Below, piece after piece: positions 29,424-39,912 of a stretch of 64,000 nt of DNA. Every line of letters begins with the position of its first letter. Position 1 is the first letter of the stretch. Both the position numbers and the translations under genes were made by a program. Source of the stretch: a bacterium (GTDB lineage: Bacteria > Patescibacteriota > Dojkabacteria > SC72); NCBI GenBank assembly GCA_021463465.1, contig JAJTYH010000003.1:147549-211548 (forward strand), in the 5' to 3' direction. The notes under the pieces are model-generated. The model saw only the letters and a program-made list of their open reading frames with translations. It was not told the origin of the DNA and searched no databases.

Positions 29424-29850
29424 GAAGGCTATTTTTTGAATTTAAGTACTCTTGTAAAAAAACACTGGCTGCAAGGCTATCTATTTTACTCTTGTTAGCT
29501 TTAAAATGTTGGCCCTGTGATATTAACATATCTTTAGCGGTTGAAGTAGAAAAGCTTTCATCCCCGAAAGTTACTGGTAATGAGATTCTTTTCTTTACAG
29601 CATTTGAAAACTCTTCTATTCTTCTATTGTTTACATTTTGTCCTTCGTTGAAACTTTGTGGCTGACCAATGAGGATTGAAGCTACTTTGTATTCCTCACA
29701 TATACTTTTGATTTCACTAAGTAGTACAGATAGGTCTCGATTCTTGGTAATTGAAAGGGTAGGGAGAGGAGAAGCAATTAAGCCTTTACTATCTGAGATT
29801 GAAAGTCCAATATGTTTTCGACCGAAGTCTAATGCTAAAACTGGGAACAT
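29416..29850 (-). CDS. yqgF: YqgF/RuvX family RNase (pre-16S rRNA nuclease)
   Basis: LALDFGRKHIGLSISD, DESFST, IDSLAA..FLQ; conserved alaS-yqgF-mltG order. Confidence 0.93.
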   Translation of the reverse strand: MFPVLALDFGRKHIGLSISDSKGLIASPLPTLSITKNRDLSVLLSEIKSICEEYKVASILIGQPQSFNEGQNVNNRRIEEFSNAVKKRISLPVTFGDESFSTSTAKDMLISQGQHFKANKSKIDSLAASVFLQEYLNSKNSLRD

Positions 29851-29855
29851 ACCCT

Positions 29856-31664
29856 TTATTCAAACACAGCTTTAATTCTGCGAATTCCACTGGCTACAGC
29901 CTCCTCTTTTACGATTTTGAATTTGCCCAGTGTAGAAGTGTTTTCGACATGTGGCCCTCCGCAGATTTCAACCGAAAAAGGAGTGACTTTATTGCCAATC
30001 GTGTAAACTTTGACCACATCAGCATACTTTTCTACAAATGAAGCGTATTTGACGAGCTTTAGAGCCTCTGTTTTGCTCATCTGCTCCCATGTGACTGGTA
30101 ATGCTTCAGAGATTTTCTGATTCACTAGATCTTCGATCTGTTTAATCTGCTCTGGTGTCAATTTAGTATCGTTAGGGAAGTCCAATCTCAGCCGTTCTGG
30201 TGTTATATTACTTCCTTTTTGGAATATATGTGAGCCTAATACCTCATAAAGCGCCGCTAACAATAAGTGGTTTGCAGTGTGATACTTGGTAGACATCTCT
30301 GATGTGTCTGCAAGGCCACCTTTGAACATGCCTTTGGTCGCTTGTCGAGATTTGTCTTGGTGTTTCTCGTAGGCTTCCTGATGCTTCTGTTTAGCAGCTT
30401 GGTCGTCAAACTTAACCCCTCGATTATTCAGCTCCTCCAATGTCATTTCTAATGGAAATCCATAGGTTTCGTAAAGGGTAAAAGTTTCTCCGTTCTCATT
30501 GGTGAAGCTCTGATCTTTTAAGTCTCCGAAAATCTTTTCAAACTCTCGTAAACCTTTATCCAGCGTCTGGTTGAATTTAAGCTCTTCCTCTTCCAAGATT
30601 CTTAAGATCTCATCTTTTTTTTGATTAAGTAGGGGATGAACAGGAGCGAATTGCTTGATTGCTATTTCTCCTATCTGTCGGGTAAATACACCTTCAATGC
30701 CTAGTAATCGGGCATGTCTAACACTTCTTCTTATGAGTCTGCGAAGAATATAGCCTTGTGCGGTTCTACCAGGTACTACTCCATCGGTAATTATCCATGT
30801 AGCTGCCTTAATGTGGTCGGTGATGATTCTTTGAGATTTGACCAAATCGTTTTTGGAAAGAGATTTAACCTTCTCGTAAATTGGCGAGTAGATGTCGGTA
30901 TCAAAAATACTTTCCACCTCTTGTGAGATGAGTGCCCATCGGTCAAGACCTCCTCCGAAATCTACGTTATGCCTACCAAGAGGAGTATATTTACCGTCCT
31001 TTTTCAGGTATTCCATGAACACGTTGTTGCCTAGTTCTATATACTTACCGCAGTCGCAATTAACATTGCAATCTTTTCCGCAGGCTTCTTTTCCTGTGTC
31101 GTAGAAGATTTCCGAGCATGGACCGCAAGGACCTCCTGCTTCAAGTTCCCACCAACATTTCTTTTTTCCATATTCTTGAATTCGTTCGCCTTTACCTACC
31201 TTGGCATCAATCCCTCTCTCTTTGAAGAGCCTTTGCCATACTTTAATTGACTTACTGTCTTGCGGGGCATCGTCATTACCTTCGAAAACTGAGCCGTAGA
31301 TATTGTTGATGTCAAAGCCGAAAACATCTACGAGTAAACCAACGGTTATTCCAATAGCTTCGTCTTTGAAGTAATCATTAAGTGACCAGTTCCCAAGCAT
31401 TTCAAAAGTAGTGCAGTGACTCACATCTCCAACCTCTTCGAGGTCTTCGGTGCGAAGACATCTTTGGGAATCTGTTAGTCTGGTTCCACTAGGATGAACC
31501 TGACCAAGAAGGTATGGGACTAGTGGAAACATCCCTGAGTTCACGAAAAGTAGAGTTGGATCGTTCTCGGGTACAAGTGGAGCGCTGGGAATTTCGAAGT
31601 GTCCTTTTGAAACTAGATATTCAAGGTATTGTTTTCGTATTTGAGCGTATGAAAGCTTTTGCAT
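29856..31664 (-). CDS. alaS: Alanine--tRNA ligase, short form lacking the C-Ala domain
   Basis: DPTLLFVNSGM, HCTTFEMLGNWS, GPCGPCSEI, HTANHLL, EICGGPHV, GIRRI. Confidence 0.97.
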   Translation of the reverse strand: MQKLSYAQIRKQYLEYLVSKGHFEIPSAPLVPENDPTLLFVNSGMFPLVPYLLGQVHPSGTRLTDSQRCLRTEDLEEVGDVSHCTTFEMLGNWSLNDYFKDEAIGITVGLLVDVFGFDINNIYGSVFEGNDDAPQDSKSIKVWQRLFKERGIDAKVGKGERIQEYGKKKCWWELEAGGPCGPCSEIFYDTGKEACGKDCNVNCDCGKYIELGNNVFMEYLKKDGKYTPLGRHNVDFGGGLDRWALISQEVESIFDTDIYSPIYEKVKSLSKNDLVKSQRIITDHIKAATWIITDGVVPGRTAQGYILRRLIRRSVRHARLLGIEGVFTRQIGEIAIKQFAPVHPLLNQKKDEILRILEEEELKFNQTLDKGLREFEKIFGDLKDQSFTNENGETFTLYETYGFPLEMTLEELNNRGVKFDDQAAKQKHQEAYEKHQDKSRQATKGMFKGGLADTSEMSTKYHTANHLLLAALYEVLGSHIFQKGSNITPERLRLDFPNDTKLTPEQIKQIEDLVNQKISEALPVTWEQMSKTEALKLVKYASFVEKYADVVKVYTIGNKVTPFSVEICGGPHVENTSTLGKFKIVKEEAVASGIRRIKAVFE

Positions 31665-31684
31665 ACCGCTGATTATATCAGATA

Positions 31685-33796
31685 TTAGGAAGGTTTTTGC
31701 GGTGTTTCTGGTGCAGGCACAACGTCAGGTGTATTTGTTGGTTCCGGCTCTTGTAGCGTCTCAGGTGTACTAGAGGTTGGTTCAGGTGAAGAGGAGGGGG
31801 CAGTTTCGTTAGGAGTTGGCAGGAACTCGCTAAACTTCTCCTCTTGAGCCTGGAGTTTTTCAGCTAAGGCTTCAAGTTCTTTATTAGTTGTATCTTCAAT
31901 ATCTACCTGTGCTTCTCCTGCAGTTATAGGGACTTCAGGTAGTGGATCTGCTACAGGAGGTCGTGGTTCTACGGATATTGGTTCTATTACAACTTTCTCC
32001 ACTTCTACCGGCTGCTCAACGGGGGTAATGGGTACTGGTGCCACTATGTTAAATTGAGGACCGATTGGTTTAACCGGTTCTTGCACTTCTGGCATTGACT
32101 CAGGCTTTGGAAGCTCTTCTGCCTGTGATGTTTGAGGTAGGTTGCTTTCTTGCCTGGGAGGGATTGTGGATTGATAAACAGTCTGATATGTAGCATCATC
32201 ATCCTCATCTTTTGACCCCCTCCATGCGAGATAGAGTAGCCAAGGTACTATCAAAGCAAGGAGCAGTATTGCTAAGCCGGCAGCTACTATTATTGCTAAT
32301 CGCTTAGGGATTTCGAACCCGATGATATTGTAGGTATCGTTACTGCCTGAATCTACAGGAAGGATAGTGAATATCCAAGACTTTTCAGTCTTATTACCCT
32401 TATCATCTTCAAAAGATACGCTCACTTTGTGTATCCCGTCACTAAATTCTTGTTCCGAAGTGTAAAGAACTGTATAAGTGTTGTCAGATCCCTCATTAAT
32501 TCTAGTTTTGCCACTTACATCATTGTCATCAAGTATAATTTTGATACTCTCTTTTTTGATTAAAGCTTGGTTTCCTGGTACTAAGGTTGCGCTGATAATG
32601 GCGTTTCGGTTCTTAATACTACTCTCATTACTTGGAGAAAGATTTATAATTTGAGCTTCTTTTATAACTACTCCGTCATCTGGTCCTGGAGTAGGTGTCT
32701 CACCGCCTTTTCCTGTGATTGTAACCTTGGAGGAGAAGCCCGAGCCAGTAGCTGGAGGATCAAAATTGTCTATAGCTCGAATTACAAATTGGTAGGTACC
32801 CTCCGCAAGATTATTGGTATCATAGACATAAGTACCTATCTTAGGGCTTAAATTCTTAGAAACAGCTACCCAGGTATTGGCATTTCCTGGGTTTGTGGCT
32901 ACATAAAGCTCGTATCTAACTATCTGGTTTAGGTCCGCACCTTCCCAGCTCACTGTGACACTTTCTCCCTTTTTGACGGTTAAATCGGTTGAAGGTTTGA
33001 TTACTGAGACTTTTGGAATGTCATTCTGACCTTGGTCTACATTTATAACCCAGGTTTGAGCTCTTAAGTGGGCATTGTAGCCGTCATGAATGAATATATT
33101 TGCCAGATAACTGCCTGGTTTATCAGGGATTCCCGTGAATTTGATGCTAAGTTTTCCTGATGTACCATTTTCGACTACAGTTGCTTTTAGCCAGTTAGCA
33201 TCAGGTGTAAAAGAAAAAGCAAAATTGATAGTATCTTTTTCCTCGTCAGTTGCTTCAAAAAGGTATTGGTAACTCTCTTTTACTTTAATAATATTTGAAG
33301 GTTGTGCTGAAGTTGGAATAGTTTTGAATTCAGGCGCATTGTTATTACTCACAACCATTACAGTTCTGTTATTCTCGACTACACAAGGTCGTGTACCCTT
33401 ATCAGTTGTAAGTGTACCTAAAACTCCGAAATCGCCAACTTCTTTAGGATTAAGTGTAAACATTTCGTAAATCTGATCCTTGCCAGTGTCATACTCTTTC
33501 TTTAAGACTTCTGTGCCGGTTCGATCCATGATTGAGACTTTGGTTATTGCTTCACCTGGTGTTTGAGCTGATACAGTGGCTTGGATGGTCTTATTGACCT
33601 CTATGCTTTGAGGGGTAACGTAAGGAAAGCTAATCTGACAACTTTCCACATCAAGAGTCACATTTGCTGCTTTGTCGCGTGTGTCAAAACTTCCTAGATT
33701 GATAATGGAATATATTGCTAAAGGAATACTTATAGCCAAAAAAAGAAGCGCTAGAAGGGAAAATTTTTTGGTTGCATGTTTTCTCATTCTTACCAA
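31685..33796 (-). CDS. Multi-Ig-like surface protein with N- and C-terminal TM helices and Pro/Glu-rich tail
   Basis: TM + FDTRDKAA; NNAPEF/DEEKD/DGY cadherin-like repeat; FN3-like repeat; second TM; low-complexity P/E tail. Confidence 0.8.
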   Translation of the reverse strand: MVRMRKHATKKFSLLALLFLAISIPLAIYSIINLGSFDTRDKAANVTLDVESCQISFPYVTPQSIEVNKTIQATVSAQTPGEAITKVSIMDRTGTEVLKKEYDTGKDQIYEMFTLNPKEVGDFGVLGTLTTDKGTRPCVVENNRTVMVVSNNNAPEFKTIPTSAQPSNIIKVKESYQYLFEATDEEKDTINFAFSFTPDANWLKATVVENGTSGKLSIKFTGIPDKPGSYLANIFIHDGYNAHLRAQTWVINVDQGQNDIPKVSVIKPSTDLTVKKGESVTVSWEGADLNQIVRYELYVATNPGNANTWVAVSKNLSPKIGTYVYDTNNLAEGTYQFVIRAIDNFDPPATGSGFSSKVTITGKGGETPTPGPDDGVVIKEAQIINLSPSNESSIKNRNAIISATLVPGNQALIKKESIKIILDDNDVSGKTRINEGSDNTYTVLYTSEQEFSDGIHKVSVSFEDDKGNKTEKSWIFTILPVDSGSNDTYNIIGFEIPKRLAIIVAAGLAILLLALIVPWLLYLAWRGSKDEDDDATYQTVYQSTIPPRQESNLPQTSQAEELPKPESMPEVQEPVKPIGPQFNIVAPVPITPVEQPVEVEKVVIEPISVEPRPPVADPLPEVPITAGEAQVDIEDTTNKELEALAEKLQAQEEKFSEFLPTPNETAPSSSPEPTSSTPETLQEPEPTNTPDVVPAPETPQKPS

Positions 33797-33865
33797 TATA
33801 CAACAGGAAAATGAGCAGGTGCAAATAAATTTGGGGCTATCGAGGCCTGTAGTGTAAAGGTTGCT

Positions 33866-35185
33866 CTACTTTACGACTTCACTGAGTCGTTGATTAATTC
33901 TATCTTGAGCATCTTTTAATGCGTCAGGAATTCTTACCCCTCGCCCTACCACATCATTTATTGCAGTTCTTAAAGACTCTTCAATGAATACTTGGTCGCC
34001 CATCTTCCAAGCTGTGAATGTAGGGGCCATTTGCATGAAGGCACCTGCATACGGGTCACTTTCTAATTCGAAACTCATGCTCTTTCGAGAATATGGCTCA
34101 CCGAAGGCACGTATTTTGGCTGAATTGGAATAAAACTCTTTCATTTGGGATTGCTCAGATAGCCACTTAACTAGTTTCCATGCCTCCAATTGGTTAGGGC
34201 TGCTTCTTGTAACTGCTTCACCCCAATACATTGCGTAGTTTACAGGGTCATTACTTGGTAGTTGTGGCACAGGTGAAATTCCGAATTCTATTGTCGCGTT
34301 GGCATTTATTATATCAAAAGCTCTCCAGCTTGGACCAAACATCATTGCTAGCTTACCTGAATAGAACATCTCTAAATCCGAAGCGAGTTCATCTCCCCAC
34401 ACTTTGTGAACTTTGGTAAAACTGGTGTAAAAGTCTAGTGCTGATTCCGACCTTGTAGAGGTAATGTTTACTTCGTCATTAGTGCTGTTAATGATTGGGA
34501 CGTTGTTTTGAAGTAGGAGCAAGGAGAAAATGTCGGCTGAGTGTTTGATATTTTTGGCACTACCCAGGGCAACTCCACCCTGTGTTATTTTGCCAGCATT
34601 ATTCTTTTTGGTGAGTTTTTTTGCAGCTTCAATAAAGGTATCCCAATCAGTTGGTGGTACGTCCATACTTGCAGCTTTTAGAAGTTTCTTATTGTAAAAG
34701 ACCGCTAAACCATCTATTTCAAGAGGGATAGCGTAAATTTCGCCGTCAGTGCCAGTAAAGTCTCTTACTGCCGTTGGATAAAAATCCTGAGAGTAGTCGG
34801 ATGCGGTCATTATTGAAGCAGGAAGAGGTGAAAGAGAGGGTTGAAATTTTGATAACCAGGCATTATTTATACGAATTACATCAGGTGCAGGTGTGTCATC
34901 AACTATGTTCTGTTGTATACGTGTAAATACGGTTGATTCATATTGTGTAAATGGCTTTTGTACATACTGGATATCAATATTAGGGTGGTCTACCTCATAT
35001 CTTTCAAAAAGCGATTGCATTGCAGATTCAGGTTCCCATAATCCCCAGTATGTCAGCACAATTTTATCAGTATTTGTGGCAGATTTAGGAGCTTTATTCC
35101 GGTTAAGGATAAAAAGCACAACTCCCACGACTAAAATTAAAAACAGCGCAGCTCCTATTAGTATTAACCTAGTTCTGTCATTCAT
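33866..35185 (-). CDS. Extracellular solute-binding protein family 1 (sugar-type), TM-anchored
   Basis: LTYWGLWE, PDVI, IYAIP...AVFYNK, PPTDW, FYSGKLAM, AWKLVKWL. Confidence 0.9.
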   Translation of the reverse strand: MNDRTRLILIGAALFLILVVGVVLFILNRNKAPKSATNTDKIVLTYWGLWEPESAMQSLFERYEVDHPNIDIQYVQKPFTQYESTVFTRIQQNIVDDTPAPDVIRINNAWLSKFQPSLSPLPASIMTASDYSQDFYPTAVRDFTGTDGEIYAIPLEIDGLAVFYNKKLLKAASMDVPPTDWDTFIEAAKKLTKKNNAGKITQGGVALGSAKNIKHSADIFSLLLLQNNVPIINSTNDEVNITSTRSESALDFYTSFTKVHKVWGDELASDLEMFYSGKLAMMFGPSWRAFDIINANATIEFGISPVPQLPSNDPVNYAMYWGEAVTRSSPNQLEAWKLVKWLSEQSQMKEFYSNSAKIRAFGEPYSRKSMSFELESDPYAGAFMQMAPTFTAWKMGDQVFIEESLRTAINDVVGRGVRIPDALKDAQDRINQRLSEVVK

Positions 35186-35984
35186 ATCTTTCTCCTAATA
35201 CAATTAAGCGTTTGGATGGCACACCGATCGGCCAACAGGTCATTAGTGTAATAGTCTCTTTATCACCCTGTGTTTTTAGCACTGAGAAGTCTGATGATTC
35301 AACTATTTTTTTCTTTCGAACGATGTATTTTAATTCTTTTCCGTCTTTAAATACAGATATCTCGGCACCGATATCAACTTTTTCAAGTCGGGAGAAAATT
35401 GTTTCGGGTAGATCTTTGTGTCGATTAAAGAAACTAGGTACTGCGCTGTGGCCGTAAATAAAAGAATTTCCGCCATCTCCAGGCAAGGGAGTACCTTCGA
35501 AATGGGCGAGGCCAGATTTGAGGGCAAGGTTGTAAACTTTCTCATCAAAACTCTCTACGTTTGCTGAAATGTTTACTTTGTTTATTCCTATGATAGGTAC
35601 ACTTAACATCATATCCTTCTTGTAGTTTTTATCAATTACAATTTGTTTGCTCTGTTTGGTTACTGGGTCGTAATACACTTGTTGGCCTTGGGAGAGCTCT
35701 CCTACTTGTTTGGAAAGGTTTTGGAAGTAACTAAGACCAGGGTTGTAGTATGCGAAAGAGCCAAAGAGTAGCTCTTTGTAGCTATCTGGCACGGGTCTCG
35801 CTAGGTTTGTAGCTCTCATTTCATCGACTTTGCCTTGAATAAAGGATGAAGCAAGTGGTAGTAGTTGAGAAAAAAGGAGTAGAAAGCCAAAAAAAGAAAC
35901 ACTTATTGCAATTACTGCCCGAAGTATTTTGACATTTTTGGGAACTATCTGCTGTTGTTTATCTGTATTCCAAGTGTCATCCAT
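35178..35984 (-). CDS. Sortase (class D/E-like)
   Basis: HFEGTPLPG..GNSFIYGHS, TLMTCWP and RLIV give an intact His-Cys-Arg triad; N-terminal TM. Confidence 0.93.
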   Translation of the reverse strand: MDDTWNTDKQQQIVPKNVKILRAVIAISVSFFGFLLLFSQLLPLASSFIQGKVDEMRATNLARPVPDSYKELLFGSFAYYNPGLSYFQNLSKQVGELSQGQQVYYDPVTKQSKQIVIDKNYKKDMMLSVPIIGINKVNISANVESFDEKVYNLALKSGLAHFEGTPLPGDGGNSFIYGHSAVPSFFNRHKDLPETIFSRLEKVDIGAEISVFKDGKELKYIVRKKKIVESSDFSVLKTQGDKETITLMTCWPIGVPSKRLIVLGERYE

Positions 35985-36073
35985 TATTTCTTTATATCAA
36001 ATGAAGGGAAAATGTACTAGAAAATAGAGTAAGTTTGGGATATAATGGCCTATAATAGTTAATTGCTTTAAAT

Positions 36074-36751
36074 ATGACCACAAGAACTTATTTTAAAGGA
36101 CAAGAAAATCTTCCGTATTTATTTCAAGGTGAACCATTCAAATTCACAGATCAAATATCGGCAGAGTTTAACGAGTTCATGAATGAAGGATTTAGTAAGG
36201 TATACGATAACTTGGTAAAGGTTGGAGGAAAAGGTACAGAGGATGACAGTTACATTCGTGTTATTACGTTCAAACAGAAACTACTTGAAGGAAAAACCGA
36301 TTTAAGCCCTACTGGATCATTGATGCAGGAAGCATTTCTTTTTCAGGAGTATTTAAAAAATTTAGATGAAAATAAAAGGATTAGTGGTAGTTCTGAAGTT
36401 ATATTAAGGCATGTGAACGACCCGTTTTATGCAAGAAGAGAGCTTTTAAATAGCGCTCTAACTGCAGAGCTTTTATCAATACAGGGAGGGGCAAGAAAAG
36501 GAGCAAGCAAGCATTTCGGTCGCCTAAAAGTAGGTCTAAGCTTGGTTTTATACGAGTGTATTAGTGTAGTTAATTCCAATACAAATATAACTAAAGATGA
36601 CTTAGCTCGGATTGCAGTTGTAATGTCCGTAGTAAACTTCCTTCAACTTAGAGAAGAAGGCTTCGATAAGTCCAATGTCGCTTCAACTTTACAGTATAGA
36701 AATCTTGGTATTTGGATTAACATTGCTAAAGAGTGTTTAAAGAAAGAGTAA
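36074..36751 (+). CDS. Hypothetical protein (orphan)
   Basis: 225-aa ORF with tandem TATAAT upstream; predicted helical. Confidence 0.65.
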   Translation: MTTRTYFKGQENLPYLFQGEPFKFTDQISAEFNEFMNEGFSKVYDNLVKVGGKGTEDDSYIRVITFKQKLLEGKTDLSPTGSLMQEAFLFQEYLKNLDENKRISGSSEVILRHVNDPFYARRELLNSALTAELLSIQGGARKGASKHFGRLKVGLSLVLYECISVVNSNTNITKDDLARIAVVMSVVNFLQLREEGFDKSNVASTLQYRNLGIWINIAKECLKKE

Positions 36752-36768
36752 TATAGCCTTATCAATAT

Positions 36769-37557
36769 ATGCCACCGATTACGAATAAGAGTGAAATACA
36801 AGGTATTTATAGAGGTGTAATAGATGTCAAAGGAAATACTCCTGCAATAGCAAGATTTGCTGATATTGATATGGGTACAATCAATCAACTTGAAGCAGAC
36901 TACGAACCATTTTTAGGTGACGATTTGGACGAGTTCTCCAGTGCTGCGCGTAGGCTAGAGGAATTATCCAATAACCAGCTGCATCAAATATATGGTACAG
37001 AGTTGTTGAATTATACTGCTTTTCTTGATTTCTTGGAGCTCGTTAAAGGATATAGTCGTAACAATGAGGAGGAGAATAGACTTTGCTCAGTAGCCTATCA
37101 GCGGGGGTTGGAGCTTATAAATAATCTATTCGGATTTGTCGCTATTAACGCCATAAACACAGTCGGATATTATCGCAATGTTGCATACTCTGATAGTATA
37201 GAGCTTGCCCATAGGTATCAGGATTGCCTTAAAGAGGAAATTATACTTTACGACCAAATATTAAAAGTTTTGCTTGCAAGAGTAGAAAAAGAAGAAAAAC
37301 TTACAGTCACTGAGCTAACTTTAATTCTCAGGGCGCTTGGTAACTTTTATCACTACAAAGGTAAGGTTTTTGATATCTTGTTCACAAAAGCTACAAGTAT
37401 GAATGCCTCAACGATTGATGAGAGGATTGCAGATGTGATTGGAAGTGAACATTGGTCTAGTCTGTACACAATTTCGGCAAAACTTCGGACTGCTGCAGAT
37501 AAGTTGGAGGGGAGATATGGTCTCCCTGAATCAGTAACAATCTCAGTTGAACGCTAA
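36769..37557 (+). CDS. Hypothetical protein (orphan, helical)
   Basis: 262-aa ORF; no recognised motif. Confidence 0.65.
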   Translation: MPPITNKSEIQGIYRGVIDVKGNTPAIARFADIDMGTINQLEADYEPFLGDDLDEFSSAARRLEELSNNQLHQIYGTELLNYTAFLDFLELVKGYSRNNEEENRLCSVAYQRGLELINNLFGFVAINAINTVGYYRNVAYSDSIELAHRYQDCLKEEIILYDQILKVLLARVEKEEKLTVTELTLILRALGNFYHYKGKVFDILFTKATSMNASTIDERIADVIGSEHWSSLYTISAKLRTAADKLEGRYGLPESVTISVER

Positions 37558-37584
37558 CTAGCACTTCAACGCATTCTTTGCTAA
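37558..37584 (+). promoter_or_regulatory. CIRCE-like (HrcA) operator upstream of dnaJ, overlapping an extended -10
   Basis: CTAGCACTT-N9-CTTTGCTAA (13/18 to consensus); TGCTAAAAT at 37579-37587. Confidence 0.7.
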
Positions 37585-37596
37585 AATCATGTCGGT

Positions 37597-38676
37597 ATGG
37601 AAAAACGCGATTATTATGAAGTTTTAGGTGTATCGAAAACTGCTTCTGAAAAAGAGGTTAAAAAAGCGTATCGTAAGCTGGCTAAACAGTACCACCCAGA
37701 TGTAAATAAGGAGCCAGATGCTGAGAGTAAGTTCAAAGAGGTGCAAGAGGCCTATGAAGTACTTTCAGACCAATCTAAACGCTCTGCTTACGATCAGTAT
37801 GGTCATGCAGGGACCGAGGGTTTTGCGGGTGGAAGTGGCGGTTTTGGTGGGTTTGATCCTAATAATTCTCCTTTTGATATGGGTGATATATTCTCTACAT
37901 TTTTTGGAGGTGGTTTTTCCGATTTTGGATTTGAAGGTGGAAATAAAAGGGCAAATAGTTCGAGGGGAAGGGATTTGAGGTATCGAATAAAGATGACTTT
38001 CTTGGATGCGATGAAGGGCGAAGAGGTTGAAATAAAGGTGGATAAAGAGGTGGTATGTAAGCATTGCGAAGGGACAGGTAGTGATAATATGAAGGTCAAA
38101 ACCTGTGAGACATGTAAGGGTAGTGGTAGGGTTCAGAGGGTTCAACAGAGCATTTTAGGTCGTATGGCTTTTGTTACTGAGTGTGAGACTTGTGGCGGGA
38201 GAGGAAAAGTCCCTGATAAAGAGTGTAGAGTTTGCGGTGGTGAAGGAATTAAAGTTGAAAGTGAGAAGGTTAAGATTAAGATTCCCGCAGGTGCATACGA
38301 CGGTATGATTTTGAGATTTAGAGGTAGCGGAAGTTTAAATAAGTCTGGGGTTCCTGGTGATTTGTTTATTGAAGTTGAGGTTGAACCTCATGAAAATTTT
38401 GAAAGAAGGGAAAATGATATATATTCTACTCAAGATATTCCTGTACATACCGCTGTCTTGGGAGGTGACGTAAGTGTCGATACTATAGATGGAAAAGTTA
38501 AGCTAAAAATCCCATCTGGAACGCAGTCAAGTACCATATTTAGGATAAAGGAGAAAGGTTCGCCTATACTTGGGAGGGCCAGCGAGAGAGGGAATCATTT
38601 TGTAAAGATTGTAGTAAATATTCCTAAGAAGCTCACTAGAGAAGAGAGAAAATTATGGGAAGGTTTGGCTAAGTAG
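37597..38676 (+). CDS. dnaJ: Chaperone DnaJ
   Basis: [13 protein letters not shown]-rich region, four CxxCxGxG repeats. Confidence 0.98.
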   Translation: MEKRDYYEVLGVSKTASEKEVKKAYRKLAKQYHPDVNKEPDAESKFKEVQEAYEVLSDQSKRSAYDQYGHAGTEGFAGGSGGFGGFDPNNSPFDMGDIFSTFFGGGFSDFGFEGGNKRANSSRGRDLRYRIKMTFLDAMKGEEVEIKVDKEVVCKHCEGTGSDNMKVKTCETCKGSGRVQRVQQSILGRMAFVTECETCGGRGKVPDKECRVCGGEGIKVESEKVKIKIPAGAYDGMILRFRGSGSLNKSGVPGDLFIEVEVEPHENFERRENDIYSTQDIPVHTAVLGGDVSVDTIDGKVKLKIPSGTQSSTIFRIKEKGSPILGRASERGNHFVKIVVNIPKKLTREERKLWEGLAK

Positions 38677-39348
38677 TTATATCGCTTTCACACCAGTGCC
38701 AAGTACCATCAATTCTCTTGAGAAACGGTAAAATTTATTTGAATGAATTTTTCTTACTGGTCCCAATATCCTTAGTAGGTATGCAAATTGTTTAAGTGCA
38801 GGATATTTCCAATATAGTGGGTGTTGAAAAAAAAGTTCAGTTGTTACATCCTTGAAACCATATACGTTAAGTGCGTAGTTTAAACTAGTGCTATTAAAAG
38901 GTCTTTTGTGGGTAAAATCGTTGTAGAATAGTTTCATCTGTGAATACCAATCGGGTGTTAGGGTAATAATCCTCCCTCCTGGTTTTAAAATCCTAAACTG
39001 TTCTTTTAAAAAATGTTCAGGTTCGTATAAATGTTCAATCACGGATTTAGAAAAAACGATGTCGAAGGGGTTATCGTCAAAAGGGTATTTATCTTTAGAA
39101 AAGTCGAATATTTTTACATCATTCTTTGTTAATGTTGAGCCAGTTAGATACTCAATATCTCCTCCAGACATATTCATACCTAATCGTTTGAACGCGAGGA
39201 ACATATCGCCCCTCCCGCATCCAAGATCTAGTACTTTAGCTTCGTTAGGTATTGAAAACCTTTCGACCAAATGCTTGGCTAGTGCGTCTGGATAGTTAGT
39301 TACAGGTCTAACTTTTTCACTGTACAGAACTTTAAGGTACGAATTCAT
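38677..39348 (-). CDS. Class I SAM-dependent methyltransferase
   Basis: VLDLGCGRG, FDIV...VIEHL, RILKPGG. Confidence 0.9.
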   Translation of the reverse strand: MNSYLKVLYSEKVRPVTNYPDALAKHLVERFSIPNEAKVLDLGCGRGDMFLAFKRLGMNMSGGDIEYLTGSTLTKNDVKIFDFSKDKYPFDDNPFDIVFSKSVIEHLYEPEHFLKEQFRILKPGGRIITLTPDWYSQMKLFYNDFTHKRPFNSTSLNYALNVYGFKDVTTELFFQHPLYWKYPALKQFAYLLRILGPVRKIHSNKFYRFSRELMVLGTGVKAI

Positions 39349-39441
39349 AATGTGTCATTTTGATTTTGTGACGTAATTTTATTCCCAGGTGATTCTAATT
39401 TCAAGCAGGAGTGGTAAAAGATGGTATTTTATGGAGGTTTT

Positions 39442-39588
39442 TGGTATAATCCTTCACTCTCAAAAACACTTATGTGTAGGGAGTGATCATTAAAAAGAGA
39501 GAGTAATTAGATTTGTTTTTGGGACATTAACTGTCGCTAATTTTTTGGCGGTAGCTATTGTTCCAAAAATTAAATCCAAGGAGATAGA
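39442..39588 (+). promoter_or_regulatory. Extended -10 promoter and highly structured 5' leader
   Basis: TGGTATAAT 39442-39450; hairpin 39454-39486; long G-U-rich hairpin 39510-39576; AAGGAG 39578-39583. Confidence 0.7.
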
Positions 39589-39879
39589 ATGATGAAAAGA
39601 ATGTTGAAGTTAGTGCTCGTCCTTATGTTCGCGGTGGTGTTATGTGGTTGTGGTCCTAAGCCATCGGCTGTTTCTGGCATTGCTGTCTTGAATGGAGAAG
39701 AAACTCCATTCGTATTGCCTGTATGGCAAGTTAACAGCGGCATCCAAAATCAGTTGGTATTCAAACCTGGGGAAGTACCGACAGTCACGTGGGTAAACAC
39801 ATCATGTATGTACGATATTTTCTTGCTTGAATCTGAAAATATGTATGTGCTTAATGTGCAGTGTGACGTGAAAGAGTGA
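39589..39879 (+). CDS. Small putative lipoprotein
   Basis: Basic N-region, hydrophobic H-region, lipobox LCGC; clear SD upstream. Confidence 0.75.
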   Translation: MMKRMLKLVLVLMFAVVLCGCGPKPSAVSGIAVLNGEETPFVLPVWQVNSGIQNQLVFKPGEVPTVTWVNTSCMYDIFLLESENMYVLNVQCDVKE

Positions 39880-39886
39880 CGAATGA

Positions 39887-39912
39887 GTCAGCCCAAGCCC
39901 TCTTGGGCTGAC
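39887..39912 (+). other. Perfect 11-bp stem-loop in the 3' UTR (no U-tract)
   Basis: GTCAGCCCAAG-CCCT-CTTGGGCTGAC. Confidence 0.75.

Noticed and set aside
29856-31664. Short AlaRS as a pseudogene
   Set aside because: Catalytic and editing motifs are intact, and C-Ala-less forms are known in reduced genomes.
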